From Adineta vaga (taxonomy: Eukaryota; Animalia; Rotifera): a stretch of 64,000 nt of DNA. Positions 1 to 10,589 of this stretch are shown here, one piece after another; position 1 is the stretch's first letter, and every line of letters starts with the position of its first letter. The stretch covers positions 18,042,001-18,106,000 of the forward strand of contig CP075492.1 in assembly GCA_021613535.1 (NCBI GenBank), in the 5' to 3' direction. Both the position numbers and the translations under genes were made by a program. Under the pieces are notes generated by a model, which searched no databases, was not told the DNA's origin, and was given only the letters and a program-made list of their open reading frames with translations.

Positions 1-487
1 TGAGTATCATCTGCATTCAAACAACATAAAGTCAAGTGACCAAATGGTACGTCAATGAGCCGATCAAAGCAATCGAAAGGTAATGGTTCACCCGGAAACA
101 TTTCTATAGCCTTTTCAGTTATGTAAACATATCGATTGTCTTTGATATCAATTAAAAAGATATCGACAAATGGTGCATATAGTTGATAACGAACTTGAAG
201 AACAGTTCGACGAGGATCCCAAACACGATAACCGAATAGTGGTTCAATATCAAAAATTCTCGACTGATAAATGTTTCCTTTAATGCTACAAGTTTTTCTT
301 CATCATTTCGATGAATAGCAATATCTGCATCATCATCCCAAGGAATTAAACCACCATGTCTTTGACTACCAAGCATTGTACCACCAAAGATTACATATTT
401 AATGTTTGCATTACGTAGTATTTCATCAATTATTTCTAATGTGTCATAGATGACATCTACCATTTCTTGTGAAGTTACTTTGAGCAC
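1..487 (-). pseudogene. LicD/fukutin-family nucleotidyltransferase, disrupted; runs off the window start
   Basis: LicD motif GTMLGSQRHGGLIPWDDDADI. Homology continues in another frame after the A5 run at ~252-256 (DIEPLFGYRVWDPRR...YAPFVDIFLID...FPGEPLPF...VPFGHL). There is also an in-frame TAA just upstream of 487. Confidence 0.75.
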
Positions 488-1334
488 TTATTCGTTCATT
501 ACTAAATCGATGTTGAAGATATCAATGATTTTATTTTTCAAAATATACGATTCCGATGAGTTTCTTAGTCAAAGAAGGAATTCTTTTTTGTCGAAACTAA
601 AATGTATATAACAGTCCAATAAACAAAAAAGATTTAAAAATCTAGAATTTAATTTTTTATATTGATAGATGGAATTGAAGAGTCTCTGATGATGAGAAGT
701 AGGTAATATTTTCTACGAATTAAAGATATCAGTAATTTTAATAAACATAAAATAGTAATTTGTATTTTACTTTTCTCTCCATATTTTTCTGTTCGTTTTT
801 GTTTTACATCATTTCATCAACAGAGAAAAAGAGAAATTTATAGCATATACATTTTGAAAATATCACTAACTTCTATGATTGCCTGTTCTATGTTATCTAT
901 CAATGAATTTAAGGATTTGTCTAAATACCATAAGTCTTAAGAAAAATGAACCTTTAAATCTATTGAAAGTTGATCATAATTTATTTCATTAACAAAAAAA
1001 GAATTATCATGAATCCAGCTTACAAATATGCTTCTTTATCATGTGAAATACCTTTAATATTTGTTTGAAATATAATAGTAACTTTGATTCTCTATTGTAT
1101 GATCAGGACATGATGTTTTAATGATTATGCACTTTCGCGTGATGAAATCGATTTCGAGTATATGTTTATAAATACCTGTGTAACTTTTATCTTCTACATC
1201 CAATACTCACATTTATTGGTAAAAGAAAACAAATGATGATTACATCTCTCTATCACTATAAGCAATAAAAAAAGCGAAAGGACAAAGACAAATGAGTACA
1301 AAACGAAGTAATAACAGCGCACCTATTTTCTAAA

Positions 1335-1931
1335 GGCTACAAATTAAATGATCAGTATTTTATTATGAATGATCAGTACAACTTGATCAGTATTAAATGC
1401 AAATGATCAGTGAAAATATGGAACTAACAGTAATTTAATCATTTGATCAGTAACTTATTCACTTGATCAGTAACTTATTCATTTGATCAGTATAATAATT
1501 AAAATATCGGTATAAAATCTTCTTTGTCCAGTAAATTATGGTATTTTTACCAGTATTCGTCTTTCTATAGCATCCCTCGAGTATTACATATATGTTCACC
1601 TACTTTCCAGATATTACATCTGTGAGGGTGAGGGATGGATGTGTGTGTAGGTGTGGATCAGTGAAGGCGAGGTTGAGGGTGTCAGTAATTAATTGATACA
1701 ATAATCTCACTCTTGCCCACACCAACACCCACACATCCTCAAGATGTATGCGAGGATCGAGGGATGTTATAGAAAGACGAATACTGGTAAAAATATTATA
1801 ATTTACTGAACAAAGAAGATTTTATACTGATATCTTAATTATTTTACTGATCAAATGAATAAATTACTGATCATTTGATGAAAAAAATACTGATCATTCA
1901 CAATAAAATACTGATCATTTAAATACAAGCC
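1335..1931. mobile_element. Non-autonomous Foldback/MULE-like element with long TIRs and 9-bp TSD
   Basis: 1335-1580 is the imperfect inverted copy of 1757-1931. Termini GGCT...AGCC, identical 9-bp flanks TTTTCTAAA (1326-1334 and 1932-1940), and tandem TGATCAGTA subrepeats within the arms. Confidence 0.85.
1618..1745. repeat. Telomeric-repeat hairpin H1 (nested in the Foldback-like element)
   Basis: ATCTGTGAGGGTGAGGG...CCCACACCAACACCCACACATCCTCAAGAT. Confidence 0.75.
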
Positions 1932-2547
1932 TTTTCTAAATAGCTATAAGCTGCAAACGAATACAGTTGTACATCAAGAAATCAAGATCAAAGATGAATT
2001 TCCAGTTGTTTGATTACCAAATATTTCTCTGTAAAATAGATACCAAGATATCTTTACATGCATGTAATTGTTTTGTTTAATGTCATTGAATTTTCTTGTA
2101 TTCTATCATATGTGTTATATGTATTTAAATGGATATGTGCATTTTGTCGATGACTTGAACAGTATAAATATGAACAATGTCATGTTAGAATGACTTTTTC
2201 TACGAGAAAAAAATATTCATGTTTTAATCTTCGATTTTATCTACTTATTGTATTAGAATTGTCATGTTATTCTTATAACCCAGCAACTATCTTGAGAGTA
2301 AAGGTTTAGGAGAGATATGCTCATCTATTCTTTAGAACAGACTTTATGTCGATCTCTGAACACGAAACTGTCGGTAAGTGTAACTTCATTATACTGATGA
2401 AAATAATACTTTAGCTTGAAATTTGAAAACAAATAAAATTAATCTTCCTAGTTATCTTAATATCTCTTCTGAACATGTTTTTTTTTCATTCTAAGACGAT
2501 ATAAATCTCTTTATTGAAGGATTAAATAAAGTTTTGATCAATCGATT

Positions 2548-4167
2548 TCATAATGCCTTTATCTTCTTTGTTTTTCTAATTCGATGACGACAACGACAAC
2601 AGCAATGTACAATGACTTGCCGTAATCCAAAACATAATAATAACCAAATAGCATAGACATCTAAATTATAATATGCATACCATGGATATGAATTGTTCAA
2701 TGGTATTAGTGATTCAGTTCCATATTCAGCAACCATTTCAATAAAATCTACTGCCTTTTCAACACCGCCATGTAAACGCATCATTGTTTGTATTCGACGA
2801 AGATTTTCTTCTCTCAATATTTTTTCTTTTTCTTCGAACATCTTTATAATTATATCTCGAAGATTTTCAGAAGTAGATGTCAAATGATTTAACCATCGAC
2901 CGACACCTGCATCTGTTAGGCGTTGTGCCATATCATGTTGATCACCAAAGAATGGAATACAAAGAATCGATGTTCCTGCCCAAATACTTTCATAAGCACT
3001 ATTAATCCCACAATGAGAAATGAAAAGTTGAACATTAAAATGAACTAAATAACCGAATGTTGATGAAATCCAAGGAACAATTCGAATTGTTGATGGAACA
3101 TTTATCGGTAATTGATGACGTTTATCTAATTTCCAGAGAACACGATATTGTTCGAAAGATTTAAGAGCAAGAAGAATTTTTTCAATCAATTCATTTGATA
3201 ATAAAACAACTGTACCGAAATTGACATAAATAATTGGTCGAGAATCAATTTCTAACCATTGTCGATCTTCATTTGTTAATTGTGTTAGATAATAATCTCG
3301 AGAAAGTTTCATAGAAAACATTGGTCCAGTACATTGAACATGTGGTGGAAGATGTTGAGCATATTCAATTCCAAAAACACTATTCACTAAAATCATATGC
3401 GAATGATAACGTGATGAAACATGTATTGAATTATTTAAATGAAATTTTGTTTGTCTTAAAATATTAAATGGTCGTTCTAGTTGAAAATAGCTATAAATAC
3501 TTATTAAATAACGAGTTAATGGTAAAATTGTACGTAAAAATAAATTTGTCTGAATCGAATATATACTTTGTGGAGGAGCAAGAAGTACTGTGGGATTGTA
3601 ATCAGCTGGTAAGATATAATACCAACCTAGATATGGTAATAGATCAGCATTATTGATTATGTAAGTAATATTAAAATGATCAGCAATATCAGCTCCTGCA
3701 AATGTTAATAGATCAACTATAGCTATTACTCTTTTTTGTTGCTGAAATATATCTGGATTAATAGTTTGTAACATTTGTTCATACATTAGAGGATATGTTG
3801 TTTGTAATCCTATTTCTAGAAATTTTAATTTATTAGAAAGTGAATTAATATCTGAAGTAATATGGTTACATAATAACTGAAAATCGCTTTCATTCATACA
3901 TGGACCAATGTCAATAAATTGAATTGAAGTATTTAAACAATAGTTTTCAACATATGTTTTCATATTTGAACAACTAATTATATAAATATTGTAATCATTA
4001 TTAGGACGATGATATAATTCAGTTGCTTGACGTAATAAAGGATTGAGATGACCAATAAATGGAATCGATATAAATAAAGCAGTACTGGATTTTCGATCAG
4101 ATGAAGAACTATTTGTCATCGATATTACCAAGATAATTAGAAAAAAGTTAACAAACAATTTTAACAT
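2548..4167 (-). CDS. UDP-glycosyltransferase (UGT, GT1 family)
   Basis: N-terminal signal, GHLNP, UGT signature W...FISHCGINSAYESIWAGTSILCIPFFGDQ, C-terminal TM segment (YNLDVYAIWLLL) and Lys-rich tail. Confidence 0.93.
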   Translation of the reverse strand: MLKLFVNFFLIILVISMTNSSSSDRKSSTALFISIPFIGHLNPLLRQATELYHRPNNDYNIYIISCSNMKTYVENYCLNTSIQFIDIGPCMNESDFQLLCNHITSDINSLSNKLKFLEIGLQTTYPLMYEQMLQTINPDIFQQQKRVIAIVDLLTFAGADIADHFNITYIINNADLLPYLGWYYILPADYNPTVLLAPPQSIYSIQTNLFLRTILPLTRYLISIYSYFQLERPFNILRQTKFHLNNSIHVSSRYHSHMILVNSVFGIEYAQHLPPHVQCTGPMFSMKLSRDYYLTQLTNEDRQWLEIDSRPIIYVNFGTVVLLSNELIEKILLALKSFEQYRVLWKLDKRHQLPINVPSTIRIVPWISSTFGYLVHFNVQLFISHCGINSAYESIWAGTSILCIPFFGDQHDMAQRLTDAGVGRWLNHLTSTSENLRDIIIKMFEEKEKILREENLRRIQTMMRLHGGVEKAVDFIEMVAEYGTESLIPLNNSYPWYAYYNLDVYAIWLLLCFGLRQVIVHCCCRCRHRIRKTKKIKAL

Positions 4168-5309
4168 TATACTATTAATAAACCTGAAAAAGAATTGTTG
4201 ACTAAGCGAAGAATCGTTGTATTATTATTTGTCACTTGTTTTTAATTCTATATCGTGATATTCTTATGCATCTTCTGAAATATATATTATAATGATATTG
4301 CTAAAAGCTTTAATAATTAGAATACATTCTGATAATACGATGTATTATCTGTTAACATTCTTTGAATTATTTTTTTAATCAGTATGAAATGAAAAACTAG
4401 GTCAATGACTAGATTGATAGAACAGTTAAATACAAAATAACTTTGCATCTATGCCAATATTATTTAGCTAGTTATGATCACAGAGTATAATCCTTTCATG
4501 TAAAAGTATATATTCTCAAAAGAGAAAAAAACATCATTGACGATCTGCAAGTAGATATAATAGTCATAGATACGTTCTTTGATGCTAACGAAATGGACAG
4601 CTAATGAAATCTGCTCCTTTTCTTTTTCGTTCTCGTATATGGCCTTCTCAATGTGCGCACATGTCTTCATAGTAATATCTACAACTATATAACTAAACAG
4701 AACTGCACTAACTGTGTATTTAAGACAACGAAAGTAAATCTCGACAGCGAACCTACAAAAATGGAATAATATGAAATCGGATTCTTCACTGTTTATAAGA
4801 ATAATTTAAACTGAGTATAACAAGGTCTATTTATGTGCTTTATGATACAATCTATGTACATCATAGATATGCTATCATACGCAAACACTTTGTAGAAATC
4901 TGCTCGACTAACTTTACCATGCGGTAAGATCATTAACCTCTAAGATATTTCCTGACAATATGAAATTGTCTAAAATCTGTTCAACAAAACTATATCTAAA
5001 GCATTACCACTTGCTGAGTAAAATGACCCATATAAGACTATTGATGTCATCGATAGATGTCACTAGCTTTCAAATTCTCAGTAAATCTTGAATAATAAAA
5101 GCGTGAGTATCATTTCTCGTGAACATCTTTATCTAGACACTCTCAGCTGTTGACAGTTATATACAAAGTAAACGATTGATATCATCCTCTAGGTAGTTAT
5201 ATTTTATTCTTTACATATATTTTCTTTTCTGTTCTTCACAGATGTTCACATATGTTTTCGGTTCTTTTATGGATTTCATTATCCTTCGTTCATTGTTCAT
5301 CACAGTATA

Positions 5310-6198
5310 CAGTCCTGTTCAACAAAACTTGCACAAAATTTAATTTTTTGTATAACGATTTTCTTACCGTTAGAAAGTAATTAAAAATTTGAATTTTCCA
5401 GGGATATATGTTCGTTAGATATAGTACACGTTGTCGATATAAAAGTGTGATTTCTTTTCTTTTTAATAATGAAATTAAAGAAAAACTATCTACAGCTTGT
5501 CGATCATCAATACGTCGTTATCTTCTTAAATGTGGCTATAGAAATGTTTTACCAAGAAGTACTCATATGTTAACATCTGAACACAAACAACGACATATTC
5601 AATGGGCACAAGAGCATCAAAATAATGATAGATGAATCTTCATTTCAACTTTTCCGAAACACTTCGTCGTTGGACAAAATGCCGAAATAATGAATTGAAA
5701 CGAATACATATAGGTCGACAAAAAGTTCACGTATGGGGTATTGTTAGTGTACGAGGTGCGTTGACTTGCCACACTTTCAGATGCAATCTTGAGGGTCCAT
5801 ATTATGTTAATATACTTAAAATTATCTTCTTCATGCTGCTAAACAAAAATATCGTCAAAATTGGTGCTTACAACAAGATAACAATAATAATCTGGCCAAC
5901 CAATAGTCAATCAATCAATCCTGTTGAGAACTTATGATCAATTGTAAAACGCAAAGTTGAAAAATGAAAACCGAAAAATCTTGATGATAATATTTTAATG
6001 AAAATTGTGACGTCGATGAAAAAAAGATGTTTGTCTCTTATTGAATCTAAAGGCGAACGAATAAAATATTGAAGTATATAGTGTTTAATAGTACTCGACA
6101 TAGACTAACGATCAGTAATGAAAACTACTTGACAGTGACTTATATATGGGAATATATTTACATAACAACATGTGCAAGTTTTTTTTTTAACAGGGCTG
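5310..6198 (+). mobile_element. Degenerate Tc1/mariner DNA transposon
   Basis: TIRs CAGTCCTGTTCAACAAAACTTGCACA / TGTGCAAGTT...AACAGGGCTG flanked by TA. Frameshifted transposase remnants: KQRHIQWAQEH, KVHVWGIVS, WPTNSQSINPVENL. Confidence 0.9.
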
Positions 6199-6882
6199 TA
6201 TGAAGAACGATCGGTGTAATATATTGAAGTCAACTGTAATCATCAGACGTTGAATCATTATATGCAAGAGGACTTCTTTCTACTGGTACAGATATCTGAC
6301 TTACGTCACGTTCAATTTTTCCATTTTCCCTTTTCTAGTATAAGAGAGAAAGAGACAGATCAACGTCTCTTTTTATAGTTAGAACTGGTATGTTCAAAGA
6401 TTTTAACAAAGTTTATTTGATATTACACGATTTAGAGCATCATGTTTATATTTATATTTTGATGTTTTCTTTATCACACAGTCAATTAAGAGAAAACGAT
6501 AAGGATTCTTATTATTTTCTTCCTTTTCTCTCTCTCATAGCAACAGAACAAACATTGTGAACGGTAGCAATACCGCGTGAACTGGTCTATTTTCATCTAT
6601 GCACATAATTATCAGAAATTACTGTCGCACTTAGATCTTCTTATTAATACAAAAGAGAACAGAGCGAAACCATAAATTAGCAGAGTGTCTTTACACTACA
6701 TTAGTCTAATGGTGACAAATACAAACTGTGAAAACTAGAAAAAACTGACATTCTTTTATTTCGTCCTTCCGCTTTATCTCTTAACAGAGAAAGGAGAGTC
6801 ATTTATACTACCATTTATTTTCCAACAGCACCATCTCTACTAGTCTTAGGTGATCTCTTTCCAAAACTAGATACTTGACGCG

Positions 6883-7938
6883 ATGACTTCAAATGAAAGT
6901 GATACAATATCAATTGACTATTCGAATATTTATCTTCCTCGTGAAGTTCGATTTTGGATACTTTTGCCTTTCAATACACTATCACTTGCATGTTCACTAT
7001 TTCATCTTTATCATCTACTTCACAAACGAGTACTACGTATAGCATTAAATAATCATGTGATTATTGCTCTTATTTTCGTTGGATTTTCCACCCAACTGCT
7101 TGATATTCCGTCCTATATCATTTATCTTCGTCTAGGTTATGTGTGGCCACAGTCTCCATTGTTTTGTCGATTTTGGTGGTATGTCGATATAGCAGCTTTT
7201 GGCATGACTATCTTTCTTGTTATGTGGTCATCACTGGAAAGACATGTACTCATATTTCATGAAAGATGGTTATTAACACGAAAGAAACGATGGATTCTTC
7301 ATTATCTTCCATTGGTCTTTTTCACTGTCTATCCGTTGTTATTTTATCTATTGTGTTTAATTCTCATTACTTGTGATTACCCGCGTTATTACGATTACAC
7401 ACAAGGATTGTGTAACTATTCACCTTTTTGTGATAATGATATAACCCTAGTGCGATATGATATATTAGTGAACTGGATGTCCTGTACAATTGTCACTTTC
7501 CTATCTGATGTTGTACTGATCATCCGAGTCATATGGCAACGACGTATTCGTCTTCATCAACCAATTCAATGGCGCAAACATCGCAAAATGATGATACAAC
7601 TATTATCAATTTCAATATTTGCTTCAAGTTTCTCAACACCACTTCTGATTTTTTATCTAATCGTGTATTATGGAAATACGTCATCAGTGAATCTTGATCT
7701 GAAAGTAGTATATCTTTTACTTTATTTATATCTCTTTTCGATTTTATTTTTACCATTCATCATGATTCTTTCACTTCCAAAAGGATATTGGTGGGGCAAA
7801 TGGAAACAGGTGTTATCCAATAGACAACGACAACGACAACGACGAGCAGAACAAATACCACTTGCTGCAGCCATACCAGTTACGAAGTCACTGAGAATGA
7901 ATCAACGGCCGGTTCGTTTTGTTGCAGTACAAAACTAA
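6883..7938 (+). CDS. Rhodopsin-like (class A) GPCR
   Basis: Seven hydrophobic segments, TM3 Cys (FCRFW), SLERH as the DRY equivalent; single exon. Confidence 0.88.
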   Translation: MTSNESDTISIDYSNIYLPREVRFWILLPFNTLSLACSLFHLYHLLHKRVLRIALNNHVIIALIFVGFSTQLLDIPSYIIYLRLGYVWPQSPLFCRFWWYVDIAAFGMTIFLVMWSSLERHVLIFHERWLLTRKKRWILHYLPLVFFTVYPLLFYLLCLILITCDYPRYYDYTQGLCNYSPFCDNDITLVRYDILVNWMSCTIVTFLSDVVLIIRVIWQRRIRLHQPIQWRKHRKMMIQLLSISIFASSFSTPLLIFYLIVYYGNTSSVNLDLKVVYLLLYLYLFSILFLPFIMILSLPKGYWWGKWKQVLSNRQRQRQRRAEQIPLAAAIPVTKSLRMNQRPVRFVAVQN

Positions 7939-8468
7939 TCAACATAACAATAACTTTGTATTTGTATTTTTTTTTCTTTTATTTATCTCACCTATATCCG
8001 TTTTCGATTAATAATGAAAGATTGTTGTTTTATGTTTATCCCATCAATAGAAAAACAATCGGATCACTATTTGATTTCAATCCTCTCCTATATTACCGAC
8101 CGAGTCACATCCTTGATCATTCTATAATACGTTTTTGGATAAGTTTGTTGAAACTTTAAAAGCAAATTTTGCACAAGTCTTTGACAGTAAGGAAAAAATA
8201 GTTATTCATTTAACTTCACATTATTGTCGATATAAACTGATGCCTAAGACTGGATTATTGGGTAACAGACTTCGGAGATTATCCATAGTTGTTGTATTTG
8301 ATAATGAATGAAAACAATCGTGAAAAATAGTAGAATCTAATCAATGAAATAAAGATATTTAATTGTTTTTTCATTTAAATTAAATACTAGAAATATCTCT
8401 ATTAAATCAATATTGAGAATATGAAAAAACAGTCTCTTTTTTCAACATATCTTTATTTCTAATCGAGA

Positions 8469-8506
8469 TTGAGGGTGTGGGTGTATGTGTAAGGCAAACA
8501 CCCTCA
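8469..8506. repeat. Telomeric-repeat hairpin H2
   Basis: TTGAGGGTGTGGGTGT...ACACCCTCA. Confidence 0.75.
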
Positions 8507-8776
8507 TACATCGATTTTACTACGAATGAATAAACTAACTGAATTAGTTGCGTACTGTGCCAACAAACATTAAAACAATATAAGATTATGTCATAACAGT
8601 TCTTCTAGACTCACCACTGCTAACGATGAGTCATCTATTAGAATTTATTCTTTTTTTAATCTAATTTTGGATTTAAAAGAGTAAAATCTAACAGGATGAA
8701 TTATATCGAATTTGAAATTTGATTATCTGAATCCATCTGATGAGATCATCAAAAGCATTCTGCTTTCTTCATACAG

Positions 8777-9171
8777 ACGCTCACTACACTCTACCTTTCT
8801 CACAATCAAATCGGAAACGAAGGTGTACTACATCTGAGTGAAGGATTACAACAAAACAGAGTTAGAGAGATCAATACATATTTCGTCTGTTCATCTCTAA
8901 CATGTACATATTTCTTCTCTTACATAGACACTTGCTACACTCAATCTCTTTGACAATCAAATCGGAAATCCAGGTGCACGATATCTTGTTGAACCATTAT
9001 CACATAGCAGAGTTAGAAACAACAATACATGCTCTATATCATATGCATTTTTCTCTCCACATGTAGACACTCATCACACTCGACCTTTGCAGCAATGAAA
9101 TTGGAGACCGATGGAAAAATGAACTAAATGAACTGCTTAAAAGAAAGATAAATTTCCGTTTATATGTGTGA
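8777..9171 (+). pseudogene. 3' end of an RI-type/NLRC3-like LRR gene (3 exons; 5' part not found)
   Basis: Exons 8777-8860 (TLTTLYLSHNQIGNEGVLHLSEGLQQNR), 8928-9011 (TLATLNLFDNQIGNPGARYLVEPLSHSR) and 9067-9171 (TLITLDLCSNEIGD...stop), separated by phase-0 GT-AG introns. Confidence 0.8.
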
Positions 9172-9353
9172 TAAAGATGATGTGAAATTGAATTTGAAGT
9201 TTTTCCTCGATCCCCTCTATAATATTATTTCATATTCGACCTTCAATATCACCTACACACTCACTCTATATACAAATACAAATATTGGAAAAGAATCTGT
9301 ATAGTTATATATTTTTCATTCCATTTTATTGGACAGTTCCATGATGAATTTAT

Positions 9354-9543
9354 TTAGTTCTGTCGATCAGCGCAAACTTCACAAATATCAAATCCTTGGA
9401 CTGCACAAGAACAATGCCCTGATAAGTTCCTACATTTTCTCGAGCATATACTACATATAAATACCCGTCCTGAATATTGATGACTATAATTCGTAACACG
9501 TTGTTTACTGTCACACAATTTGAGATGATGTCCTCGTGGGCAT
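9354..9543 (-). pseudogene. C-terminal Cys/His zinc-binding domain fragment
   Basis: CPRGHHL...FICSICSRKC...HCSC...FDICEVC-stop. Its 5' side abuts hairpin H3. Confidence 0.55.
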
Positions 9544-9544
9544 A

Positions 9545-9592
9545 AAAGGGGTGTGGTGTGGGTGTTAGATAGATGTAGTACCCACACCCTTT
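9545..9592. repeat. Telomeric-repeat hairpin H3
   Basis: AAAGGGGTGTGGTGTGGGTG-TTAGATAGATGTAG-TACCCACACCCTTT. Confidence 0.8.
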
Positions 9593-9769
9593 CGAGGGTC
9601 TGCTTTATAAAACTTTGACGGTAGAGTAAATTTAAAACATATGATAATTGATGGAACGAGTGCAATAAAATATTCACAAAGATATACTCACGAACCATTA
9701 TTGGATTTTAAACATTTCGATATATATGAAATAACTAAACGTAGTATTGAAAGGATATAAGTAAAACGA

Positions 9770-9837
9770 TTGAGTGGGTGTGGGTGTGGGTGTGGGTGTA
9801 GATATTATCTGTTCAATCACACCCACACCCTCAAGAT
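9770..9837. repeat. Telomeric-repeat hairpin H4
   Basis: TTGAGTGGG(TGTGGG)3TGT...CACACCCACACCCTCAAGAT. Confidence 0.9.
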
Positions 9838-10144
9838 CATTTGATTGATTAAGATAATACGAAATATAATCATCAATAAGATCAATGGGTGCAAACCGTT
9901 CTAAAAGAGTTTTTGCTGTGATAATATTCATCAAACGAAGTTGATCGAATGTAAATTGAATTTGAAAACATTGATTCTTGGTATGTATTGAACTATGACG
10001 AATGCATTATATAGGACAAGATGATGAGATAAATCATTAAAACTATTTTCAGAATGATAGAAACAATCATGATCACTATTCGATATAGAGTACTGACTAT
10101 GACCAAAATAGTATAAATTTAAAAATAATAAAAAAGTGTTTCAT
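9838..10144 (-). pseudogene. N-terminal fragment of an LDLa/EGF-GPCR family gene
   Basis: Frameshifted HDCFY...CIRH...FTFDQLRLMNIITAKTLLERFAPIDLIDDYISYYLNQ, similar to FTFAQLIQQNITSEQLYHWSAPMDVIERYQLYLNQ in the 19454 ORF. Ends at H4. Confidence 0.7.
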
Positions 10145-10589
10145 TTTTTGAATGCTCAATTGATGAAACGTTGTATTTCAGTCGACAGATGAATTTATAA
10201 AAACACTATCTTGACAGATTTTTTTAACTTTGTAAATACAGAAATGCGAAAAAAATAACGGTAATGGATATGTGTGTATTCATACTTAATAATTTTATTT
10301 TTCAAAGTACCGACAGTAAAATAACATTTCAGCGTATTTTCTACTGAACAAGATTTTTTTTAACAATCGTAATGTATTATGAAAGTTGAGTTTTGTTCTT
10401 CGTATCGACAATATTAAGCGTAGGATAGCGATAAGGAGGATATTCTAATATTATTTTCAGAAAAATTTCTTGAAAATGTGAGTTTGATCTTCATTCAATA
10501 TCACTCTTTTGTAAAATAAAAAAAGTAATATCCATGATTTATAAATGAAATATTGTTAAATAAATCGATTTAAATTAGTGAATAAAATT

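Noticed and set aside
9698-9934. Short ORFs with PTPTPT, CGCG, HPHP or VWVG runs (also 13877, 14248, 24902, 45318, 48803, 53282)
   Set aside because: These runs are translations of the hairpin arms. Only the parts listed as pseudogene fragments show protein similarity.
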